Below are positions 53,798 to 64,000 of a stretch of 64,000 nt of DNA, piece after piece. Position 1 is the first letter of the stretch, and each line of letters opens with the position of its first letter. The DNA is taken from NCBI GenBank assembly GCA_964106645.2, contig OZ067053.1. The stretch is one strand, 5' to 3'. The position numbers and the translations under genes were made by a program. The stretch is from Podarcis pityusensis (lineage: Eukaryota). The notes beneath the pieces were generated by a model. The model was not told the origin of the DNA. It ran no database searches and was given only the letters and a program-made list of their open reading frames with translations.

Positions 53798-53823
53798 AGG
53801 CCTTCCTCTCATTTCTCCACCAG

Positions 53824-53934
53824 GTTCTCACCCAGTAGCCAAGTACATGGGCTCTGTGGATAGCAGATACAGTGGTATGTTTCTTGATGCCACCTGGCGA
53901 GAACTCTTCAGCAAATCTGAGCCACCTATGACGG
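53824..53934 (+). CDS. PACS1: PACS1 exon 17 (111 nt), [36 protein letters not shown](E)
   Basis: ccaccag|GT TCT CAC ... ACG G|gtaaga. Confidence 0.97.
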
Positions 53935-54623
53935 GTAAGAGCAAGTTTTCAGTTCACAGTGAGTGACAGAAGTAACATCTTTCAGAAAGGTCTTTATTCT
54001 GTCTTGCCAGACTGGGGACTCATCTGTACATGTGCTGCTTTTATGTAAGTTAGAAACAAACTCAGGTGAGAAGCCAAAGATTTAGTATGGGCCTTTGGTA
54101 TTACACCAAACCAGTGCTTGGTAGATGTGGACCCCTCCCTGTGTCCAGCTAGTGTTTAATAAGACAATGTTGTCATTGGCAGTCAATGGTAGGCCATAAT
54201 GTCATTTGACAGAACGAGCAATTCCAGCCAAGATGCAAAGTCACCTTTCCCAGGACCCTTGCAAGTTTGAGGACAACAGTGAACTACACATTGATCAGCA
54301 GGATTATGGACTAGGTGACAAATTTGGGCAGCTAGAGTTGGGTGGGGCGGAATAATGGCATTTAGCACTGATATTTACCACACCAGGATGGGGTCCATAC
54401 TTAACGCTTGCGCATCTTTTTGTTAATCCAAATTCTCCTGCCTGCCTCTCCCCATCAGCCACTTCTCTGGCTTGTCACTCTTTGTGCCTCAATGCAGATA
54501 ACAACTCATGTGTATCTTAAAGCCAGCATCTTGAAGGTTCTCCCACTTGCTGGCTTGGGTAATGATGAATACTTGGTGTGCCTTTCCTGCTTGACGCTCT
54601 CTTTGGGTTATCTTCCTTCTCAG

Positions 54624-54726
54624 AGCCTTTTGATGTGGTTGGCCGGATCATGCAGTATGTCAGTGGAGCAAATGTGACTCACCAGCTGCCCGTGGCCGAG
54701 GCCATGCTGACCTGCAAACACAAATT
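54624..54726 (+). CDS. PACS1: PACS1 exon 18 (103 nt), [33 protein letters not shown](F)
   Basis: ttctcag|AG CCT ... AAA TT|gtaagt. Confidence 0.97.
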
Positions 54727-55720
54727 GTAAGTCCTTCCCCATCCACCCCTCTGCCATGGGCTTTGGATTTCAGCGTGGTGGGTGAGTGGCCTCAAATTGC
54801 CTCACCCACATAGCTAGAAGAAACCTAAATGTGAACTATAATCTTTGCTGTGTCTGTATTTATTGAAAGTTCATTCAGAATCCCCTTTGGCATGCCCTTT
54901 CTCAGTCTTCATTTTGTTTGTATGCAAAGCAAGACTGAGACAAACCACTGTAAAAAAGTGGAAGGTGGCTTGCTGGTGGTTCTCAAGGAAGGCTAGTCTG
55001 TGCATTGCGATATACTGGTGAAAGTGTTGTGGGCACATTGCAATCACACACATGCGTACTCACTTCCTCCCTGACGGCAATTAGGTTTGAAAAAAGTGTG
55101 TTGGCTTTCTTTCTCCACCCCCAAGCCTAATGCAGCTAGAGATTATCTTCTTGGAGAGTATTGCTAGGGAGGCACAAGTCACTCTTCCCTCCTCAGCTGC
55201 AGTTTCCAGGAAGGTCACTTCCTTACACACAGCAATTAAGCTTGAAAAAAGAACTTCTATTGGAGCCAGGAGAAGGTTTCTTTCAAGCCTAATTGTATGT
55301 GGCTGAGGAGGGGGGTTAGCTAGGGAGAAAGTTAACTGTGTGCCCCTCCCCATGTGAAGCTGCTGTAAAACAATCAGAGCTATAAATTCTTTTGGACTCT
55401 CTTACATATGGAATTATTGGACCCATGTCGTACCCTTTTTTCAAGAGTCAAGAGTCCCAATGTGAAACCCGTTGCCAAATGGAAGCATCCTCCATACTGA
55501 GGCTGTAATGTGATGGGACTGACCTTCCAGTCTTCATGTTCTTTTTTGTCTGGTCGTGTACCTGCAGAATGCTGTGTTTTGAAGCCCTAGGTTTATGTTT
55601 GTTTCATTTGTCAGATACGTAAAATAGAAAAGAAGGTAGAGAAAGCCTTTGCCTTTCAGCATTGCTTGTTCTCTCTTTTCCCGTCATTTGGATTTTTAAT
55701 GGCTGTTTCTTTACCCACAG

Positions 55721-55763
55721 CCAAGATGAAGATTCTTACCAGAAGTTCATCCCTTTCATTGGG
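55721..55763 (+). CDS. PACS1: PACS1 exon 19 (43 nt), QDEDSYQKFIPFIG
   Basis: cccacag|C CAA GAT ... ATT GGG|gtaaga. Confidence 0.96.
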
Positions 55764-57110
55764 GTAAGAGTTTTACATTTCTTGGATTTTTCATCTCTGA
55801 ATATGAACTTATTTTATTCAGGGCCAGTTTACCTGAACTCTTTTATAGCTATGGTTACTTAGATAAAGGCTACTTTACGAAAACAAATGTGTGCGCATTT
55901 CTGTAGCTGTAGTTTAACTTTGGAAGCCACCTCACTTGCAGAACTATCATTTTCACCTACTGTGTTCCTTACCCTGCTGATGCTGAACGGAAGTTGTGGT
56001 TAAAATTCAGATGTGGTGGTATTTAATCAAATGACATTGTGTAATTTAGCTTGGGCTAAATTTATCTTTCTGAGTCGAGGACTTGGCAGTAAGCCTGACT
56101 GGATCCCATCTGATGAGTGGTGAAGTCATAAGTGAAAGCAGGCTTCCCATGTTGAAGATCTCATAAAATTAGGCTTGTTTGTTTGGTTTTTAAATACCAG
56201 TTTCACTGTCCCTAAATTCAGGCAGCTAACAGAATGTTGGGGGTAGTTGGCCAGTTTGTCACCTTGCAAATAGAGAGGCTGCATACATGAAACATGATTT
56301 CCTTAATGCAAATCTAATGCTCAACCATGGATAATGAATGCCATAGTTAATTTGCATACGTTCCAGCCATGGTTTCACCTCCTGGTTTGTGGGTAATCCT
56401 TATCCACAGCTATGTTTGCACCAGGGGCAAAGCATTCGGTTTGCAGATCGCTGTAAAGTGAAAGTAGCTTTTTAAAAAAAAACACCCAACTTCACTTCAT
56501 CCCTGACGGTCAGAAGCAAAATAAGGAAATGATGACAGCAGCACTGTTGCAATCCACTTGCAATCTGCTAGATATTGGTTAACATCACCATCCCTTCAAC
56601 ACTTCACTGGTTACTGCTGCCAAGAAAATGCCAGAGGTCAAAAACTATGCAGCTGCCTATGAGGAGATGCTCTAGCTCCAAGCAAGGATGAAATCATGTT
56701 GGGAAAAGATAGCTTTATTCCTTTGTGGCCACTGTGCAACCTTTAATGAGCAGTGCTTGTAGCATTGTCGTCACCGCTGCCTTTTTTAAAAAGCTCTTAA
56801 CATTTACTGTGTTTGCATTTCTGTTTTTATTATAAAGTGCCTGTTGTCAGTCAGAAATTCAGTCAGAATGTAAACATTTCAAATAAAATAAATAAGCTTG
56901 CACATTTAAGATCAATGCCCCACCTTTTGTTTCCTTAGGCCACTTTGTGCCCTTGCAATATACAATTGCAATATACAAGGCAGCTCACTTTAAATTGAAA
57001 TGTTACATGAAAATACCTCCTGTACAATTAATGAAGCATAAAGTGGGGGCTTTTTGCAGCAACTGTCTGTCTGTGATTTTTGATAGTGACTGAGGAAGGC
57101 CAAGAGGGGT

Positions 57111-57596
57111 TGTGGCGATCACACAGGGTCCCCGGACGTTTGATGGTCTATTGATCCCGGTGCCACCACTGTGATTGCCGCTTCGCAGCCACCAACCCGT
57201 TTCCCTCGGGTACACACAGAGTCCAGACAGTTGTTAACATTAACAAATAATCAAGTTTATTGTTATAAACATGAACAAGTTTAAGGTTTCAGTTAATTTT
57301 TCTTGTCAGTTTCTTAATCTTAGTTTCTTTACTGACCTATTCGTTCCTAACAACTTCAAACTGATTATCCCAACTAACTATCTGACTCCACCTAACAGTT
57401 CCTCTCACACTCTCTCAACACAACTCAACCAACCCACAGACTTATCCTCCCTCTTCCTTCTCCAACCCCCAACTCTCAACTGACTTCCACACACACTGAC
57501 TCTAACTCTAACTCCTCCTATCAGTTTCTCTCTGGCCAATCACATCACACTCATTTAACCCTTTCCTTATGATCCACCTAGGAGGCAAACACCACG
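57111..57596 (-). mobile_element. Solo LTR (probably Gypsy/ERV type), antisense to PACS1
   Basis: Starts TGTGGCGAT, ends AACACCACG (terminal CA apparently mutated to CG); 5-bp TSD ggggt (57106-57110, 57597-57601); minus-strand AATAAA at 57256-57261. Confidence 0.75.
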
Positions 57597-58489
57597 GGGG
57601 TGTACTTGACTATATTTTAATGGTTGGAGGGGAAACTGTTGCCTCACCTACATCACCACTGGTCTAGGATTATCTTGACTCTCTTATTGCTCATGATTTT
57701 GGGGCATAGATGGTCACAAATAATTATTTGGAAGAAACCTTTTCTCTTGCCAAGGCACTCTATCTCAGCTTTTGCAATTGTGGTGTTATAAATCTTTTAG
57801 AGATTTGTTACTTGCAGGCTTCTGCTGCATCCTCAATAATTAAATCTGTTTCAAAGCACAGATCTCCCAAGGGAGGGCACCTGCAAAGCAAAAAGTTATC
57901 TTTCCTCTCTTGTGCATAAGCCCCTGCCTGGCACTCAAAGTTCTGCTAACAAAATTGCCCTCCCTTTTCTCTTCCCACCCTCACTCAAACATATTGGGCT
58001 ATGTTTGACAAACTAACCTCTGCTTTGACACAGAGGAGGATCTTAAAGGTTAAAGAAAGCTCATTGTGTTTGCTAGTGTGACCATTAGGTAGACATGAGG
58101 GATGCTGGCCACTGAGGACAATTCTTTCCCTGCAAAGGAACTGGTGGGCCTGGCAAGAAAGGCAATACCCTCCCCCCAAAAAAACCCCTGCAAAAAGCTT
58201 ATTTGCTCTCCTTTTTAAAGCACAGAGGAAATATGAGTCAATCTGAACCAGGCAGGGGTGGAGGGAGTGACTCAGCAGACTGTGACCCACAAGTGTGCAC
58301 TGGAACTGCTGATGTGATGACAACCAATTAAGGCGAAACCTCAGATGCATTAGTTTTTAGAATGCTCTCAAGCCCCCGTGCTATTTACAGAAGGAAAGTA
58401 AAAATGTGTGCATTATTTGATGGAACAGTGTGGGGAGCCTGAGAGTTTCACATTTCAGGCTGTTAGCTTTTTTAGAAATGTTGGCAAGT

Positions 58490-60331
58490 ATATCAGGCAG
58501 ACCTCCTGGTTGCGGGGCACATCTGAAACACAGATCACCTGGTGGCAAGCAAAATCCTTCTCCAGCCAAAGAGGACTCATGGCACAAAGCAGAAAGTGTG
58601 GCCTTGAATCAACACTGCCAGAACAACCAAACCTGAACTTTGTGAACACTTCTCTCATTCCATCAAACTGCACCAGAGACAGTGTCGAAACAAGGTGGAA
58701 TCTACACCAAAGATGCAACCTACAACACAGCTATGATCTCTTTTGGCAAAAGAGAGCAGCAGATCTCCAACTGGTTTGAGGCCGGCATTAAGGACATGGA
58801 GCCTGTTATTGCTGCAGAGAGCAAGGCTCTTGTGAACTGCAAGTGTGCAGCCTGTGACAAGGCACTTGCTGCACTGAGAAAGACAAGGAGTGGTGCCAAG
58901 CAGATTGCCAGATGATGTGCCAGTGACCACTGGCTAAAAGCTGTGTCAGAGCTGACACTGTCACTGCTGACAGTGGCAACACTTTAAAAATGTACAAATG
59001 CATGAAGACAGCCTTTGGAGTTTGGAGCAACAATCAGGAAGACTGTACCACTGAATACCTTGTCTTTAGATATCATCACAAACCGTGGCAAGCAGATGAA
59101 GCAATGAGCAGAGCACTATCAAGAACTGTCCTGATGGGAAAACATGGTCTCCGACATAGCAATTGACAGCATCCAGACTCTTCCTGTCTTGGAAGCGCTA
59201 GATGTCTCTCCCTCCCTTGACAAGCTGAAGAATGCCATCGACTCTCAGGCATGTGGTAAAGCCCCAGGACAGGGCAGAATCCCAACAGAAGTGCTGAAAG
59301 CAGGTCTCAGTTCCTCCCTCATTCTGCACCTCCATGGTCTTCTCTTGCAGTGTTGGGGAAAAGGATCTGTGCCACAAGAGATGTGTGACCCCAGATTGTG
59401 ACCCTCTATAAGAGCAAAAGTGGCCACCATGATTGTAACAACTACCGTGGAATCTTCCTGCTGAGTACTGTGTTACTCACTGACAGGGTCTATCCTGAGT
59501 CACAATGCTTCAGAGCTCATGTTGAACAATCAACATGATTTTCTCACTGTGCCAGCTGCAGGAGAAATGCTGAGAGCAGAAACGACCTTTGTATATCGCC
59601 TTCATTGACCCGAAAAAGGCCTTTGACCTTGGCAGCCCAAAAGGACTGTCCACACTGCTCAACAAGATAGGATGCCCACCTAAGCTCCACAAGATGAGCA
59701 TGTCCTTCCATGAGAACATGCACAGCACCATACAGTATGACAGTTCATCCTCAGACACCTTCATAAGAGTGGTGTGAAACAGGGCTGTGTTCTCACTCCA
59801 ACTCTCCTTGGCTTGTTCTTCTCCCTGTTGCTCTCCTATGCCTTCAGCTTGACCTAAACCCACATTCCTAGCATGTTCTCACTTCCGTTTCAGCATCATC
59901 TATGCTGGTTTGGTCATGTACACAAATGGAAGATGACAGGATCCCCAAGGGCATGCTCTATGGGGAGCTGGCTTCAGGCAGTAGACCAGCTATGCATTGC
60001 AAAGATGTTTGCAAACATGACATGAAGGCCGACAACATTAACCCTTCCATTGTAGATGATTGCAGTATCTGGAGACAGTCAGGTTTTGTATTCACAGCAG
60101 TGACCAGAGGAGGAATGACCACTAGGAGGAGCACAGAGAGAAGATACGCCATAGAGCACCTGTAGCAGCCAAACTGAACATCTTCATCTGCCCCACCATC
60201 GATAAAACATGTCTCTCCCGTATCAGTCTCTACAGCCACAGTAGGCACTGTAACTCTCCGATGCTTTGACTTTATTTCTGAAGGCGCACTCTTCCATTTG
60301 TCTCCTAAGACAGATGGATGCCAGCAACAAC
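58490..60331 (+). mobile_element. Degraded RTE-clade LINE with internal deletion and (CAA)n-like tail
   Basis: Motifs TDH (endonuclease end), GKAPGQGRIPTEVLK, NYRGI, YIAFIDPKKAFD, GCPPKL, VKQGCVL, MEDDRIPKGMLYGEL, CKDVCKHDMK; 3' end gacagatggatgccagcaacaac; 5' boundary approximate. Confidence 0.88.
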
Positions 60332-60707
60332 AGATCAGGCCAAGAGCAGAGGGCCACACTTCTACTATTTAGAATAAGAAAGAGGGGGAGATAGATTTTC
60401 ATGCTTAGTCTCCAGCAGCTTCCTGAACTAGGTCCCAGTTTCAGGCCTCAAGCAGCTGATAGTAAATACTGAGCAGGTGGGAAGAAAAATCCTAGGCGTA
60501 TACTGTGAATGCCATGTTTTCATTATAGTTCTGGAAGGGTTAACTGTCTTGTGCTTCTCTTCTATAACTTTGAGATAAAGTGACTTTCCTTAGGAAGGTC
60601 AAATGTGTTTCTTTTCCACCTGTAGCTAAATTATTTGTCAGGCTTTGTTTTTGAAGTGATTTGCCTTCATTGTTTGCTCTCTCCTTCTCACTCCCTGCCC
60701 CCTGCAG

Positions 60708-60750
60708 GTGGTTAAAGTGGGCCTCATTGAAGACTCGCCTGCGGCTACAG
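60708..60750 (+). CDS. PACS1: PACS1 exon 20 (43 nt), VVKVGLIEDSPAAT(G)
   Basis: cctgcag|GTG GTT ... ACA G|gtatga. Confidence 0.96.
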
Positions 60751-61412
60751 GTATGACACACCCACTAAGATCCCTGTACTGCTTAGAGCAAAGACTGGTT
60801 ATCCTAGTTACTCTACTTCCTCCATTAAGTGATTACAAGCATGAAATTGGGTGATCTGCTTCAGTAATATTGACTAGGAAATAGCTGACAGAGCTTGACA
60901 AAGCATGAAAAACCTATGCTTTTTATAGTATGCTATGGCTGTACAGTATCTGCCAGCAGTGATTTCACCAGCTGGAGTGCTAGGAAGGGTCTGAAAAGTG
61001 CCTGTAAAAACTTAAGCTACCAGGATGGATCCATCCAAAATTCTATGCCTAGAGTGGGGAGGTCCTCGTGCAGCATTGATCCCACCTCTCTCTGCCAGCC
61101 ACCGAGCAAGGGCATCTTAAGAGGTGGGTGGGGATAAAGATGTCCTGGGATGCAGCCTGCTATTCAGCTGAAAAGTGTGGAATAAATCCCACATGCATAT
61201 CTATTGCTCAGAAACCCCCAATCCCATTCCTGAGACCGTTTGGGAAATGCTGGCATAAGTATTAGTGCCAGAGAAACTTTAACTTATGATAAATGCCTTG
61301 TAACTAAAACTGAAAGGCTCAGCAAGAGAACCTGAGAATTAACATTGCTTCTATTTAGCAGGTAAGCAAAATGTGTTCTCCTTCTCCATCTCATGATTTC
61401 CTTCCTTTGCAG

Positions 61413-61548
61413 GAGAGGGAGATGATTCTCCCATCATCAGCCTCACAGTTCCCTCCACTTCTCCCCCTTCTTCCTCTGGGCTTTCCAGAGATGTCACTGC
61501 CACCCCTCCATCATCTCCCTCTATGACTAGTGGACTGGCTGTCATGGG
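61413..61548 (+). CDS. PACS1: PACS1 exon 21 (136 nt), [44 protein letters not shown](G)
   Basis: tttgcag|GA GAG ... ATG GG|gtaagt. Confidence 0.96.
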
Positions 61549-61977
61549 GTAAGTCTCTGGGTATGAAGACACTTTGTGTGGGTGGTGGTTGTGCTATTTC
61601 TCCTTATCATGTTGAGAACCCTGGACACATTTGCTGGGAAAATAAATTATGAAAGATCCTAAGAGCAAAGTAAATGCCACAGACGGTGTACACACCACTG
61701 TCTCTTTACTGTGATCATATATTAAAAAACTATTCTAGTCAGTCTCCTGAAGTATCAGGGCATCAGAGCTTAATCCCCTGTTCACTCTTACCTCCAGAGT
61801 GAATTCAGTAGCCAAGATTTATGCCTGGCTATCATCAGTCACCACATAATTATCTCCATTGGCAGCCTGCCAACAAAAGACATTCAATCCGCCATGTTCT
61901 TCCCCCGAAAGTCCCTTTTTCAACAATGCAAAACTTGCTCATGTTTCTTTCCACTTTTTCCTGTCACTTGATCACAG

Positions 61978-62204
61978 GTCCCCCAATAGCCCTTATGGCG
62001 ATGTCATTGGGCTGCAGGTGGATTATTGGCTAGTTCAGGCCACGGAAAAAAAGAAGGAAGGGGAGAAAAAAGACGCCAGCTCCAAAAATACACTCAAGAG
62101 TGTCTTCCGCTCGGTGCAGGTGTCACGGCTTCCAAACAGTGGGGAAACCCAGTTGTCTGGGACCATGGCCATGACTGTTGTCACCAAAGAGAAGAACAAG
62201 AAAG
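61978..62204 (+). CDS. PACS1: PACS1 exon 22 (227 nt), [18 protein letters not shown]...[13 protein letters not shown]
   Basis: atcacag|G TCC CCC ... AAA G|gtgagt; inside ORF 61859..62269. Confidence 0.97.
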
Positions 62205-62404
62205 GTGAGTTATGGAGAGTGGCACTTCCTCTTTACTGTGGGTGCTCCTTCCTGGAGGCCTTTGCATGATAGCCTGCCCCTTGAACCATTTAGCACTGCT
62301 GAAGACTTACCCTGCAAGTCTTGCCATAAGCGTGCCAACTCTTCTACTTCGTGTTTTAAGAGAGAGACTCGTTTTCACTAACTGGGGGTCCTTGTGCTTT
62401 CTAG

Positions 62405-62524
62405 TTCCCACAATTTTTCTGAGCAAGAAACCCAAAGAGAGAGAAGTAGATTCCAAGAGCCAAATGATTGATGGAATCAGCCGGCTGATCTGCTCTGCAA
62501 AACAGCAGCAAACTATGCTGAAAG
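62405..62524 (+). CDS. PACS1: PACS1 exon 23 (120 nt), (V)[39 protein letters not shown]
   Basis: tttctag|TT CCC ... AAA G|gtaatg. Confidence 0.97.
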
Positions 62525-62915
62525 GTAATGCTTGCCCCTGGGATCAGGGATGCCTGATGGTACTGAAGGTGACTGGGAAGGATTTCAAAATGGTGAGGGA
62601 CCTGATAAACTAGAAGGGATTTCATTATATTATTTCTTTATAATAATTTATAGTGGGGTAGGGAATTGGATCTAACCAGAGAGCCAGATCCAGAAGTGAC
62701 TAACTCTTCATTTCTCAGCACATCTGTTCTGTTGGGGAACAGAACAGAGTTCAGTGGATTTAAGAGGTCCCAGATTCAATAACTGGAACCAAGCAGTAGG
62801 GGATGGGAAAGGTCCCTGTCCCTAACATCCTGGAAAGCCACTGCTAGACAGTTTATCCTGAGTCCAATGTACCAATGAAGAATACTTGGTATAAGACACC
62901 TTCCTATGTTCATAG

Positions 62916-63050
<135 letters not shown>

Positions 63051-64000
63051 TGATGACAACACGGTGGTCCCTCCTGTGTCCTCATCACTCTGCTGCAATG
63101 CGGCATCACCTCTGTCCAAACCATCAGCCAAATCAGAGCTGTCCTGTGGTAACTTCACCCATGTTGCATTACTGTGTGTTGATCTGGTCTCGCCAGGGAG
63201 GGACCAGCCTCTGGTGCCAAGAGAGATGCTACATTTTTGTCTCCAGCCAAGGAGCCGCCCGCCAATTGCTTTCTCATATTTTTCTGCCACATCGTGTCGT
63301 GGGTGTCCAGCCTCCATCTGTGCTGAGTCCATTGCATTTTGGGAACGAATCCCAAAATATTTGGATTCTGTTGGTTTCCCATCACTCCTGGCGCACACTC
63401 CTTCTCTGAGCTGGCATGCCTGTGTCTTCCTGAAGAATGTGTTTGAGAACTTGTGGTCCACAAAACTTCGCCTTTAACAATATTGTTCTTTTTTACATTT
63501 TAGCTTTTGCTGAGCCAACCGAGAGCTTTACTGAGCACCCACTCTCAAAGTTCTCCTTTTCAACCTCAGCCTTTCCAAAAGCACAAAGCTTGCAAAGCCC
63601 ACATTGGCTGTTGTGTTAGCAACCAAACTCAACCCCATCTGGTTCTTGCCATTAGTAGGCAAGGCCCTTTCTCCTGCCGCCAACCCATCCTGTGTCACGT
63701 TGCTAGGTCAAACATGCCAGGTTGGTGGAAGGAGCCTCAGCAATCTTGCGCGGTTGCCGCTCCTTGCAGAGATGAGGAGCAGAAAAGTCAGTTGTAGGGA
63801 GCTAGAAGCAGACACTTTTCTTGAACAGGCACACCCACTGCTCTCCCATGGCTGTGTCCCTTCACTCTTTCATGTTTGTACTGCTCTTTTCTTACACTTC
63901 CCCTCATCCCACCTTCAAAGTGTTTTTTAAAAGAACTTAGGTCACCTAAGATACATTTCCATTTCTTTGTAAGACTCCACTTGCTAGTGTGGCATCACAG
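63051..64000 (+). other. PACS1: PACS1 3' UTR (probably continues beyond the window)
   Basis: Follows the stop codon; I saw no AATAAA before the window end. Confidence 0.8.

Overview
This is eukaryotic (vertebrate) genomic DNA, most likely from a squamate reptile and probably a lacertid lizard, judged from Sauria SINEs, young L2 LINEs and reptile-type MITEs. The whole window lies inside one + strand gene, PACS1 (phosphofurin acidic cluster sorting protein 1). Positions 1-27940 are the distal part of a long intron 1; exon 1 is upstream of the window. Coding exons 2-24 run from 27941 to the stop at 63048-63050 and are followed by about 950 bp of 3' UTR. All 22 internal introns are GT-AG. The 23 exons total 2536 nt, keep one open frame, and match the exon phases and peptide of human PACS1 as I recall it. 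The introns hold many transposable elements: L2 and RTE LINEs, L1-type 3' fragments, Sauria and other tRNA-derived SINEs, hAT and Tc1/mariner MITEs (several with intact target-site duplications, TSDs), a solo LTR and Penelope-type ends. Nearly all ORFs in the supplied track are chance ORFs, exon read-throughs or TE remnants. I found no convincing new multi-gene system. The best leads are a decayed minimal hammerhead ribozyme in a Penelope-type end, a cUUCGg-capped 3' hairpin in a recently active L2 family, a possible unannotated stop-containing exon in intron 12, splice-adjacent microsatellites and TE tails, a strong intronic CTCF motif, and a non-CpG codon at the human R203W disease hotspot. 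Family names and human comparisons come from recall, not database searches.
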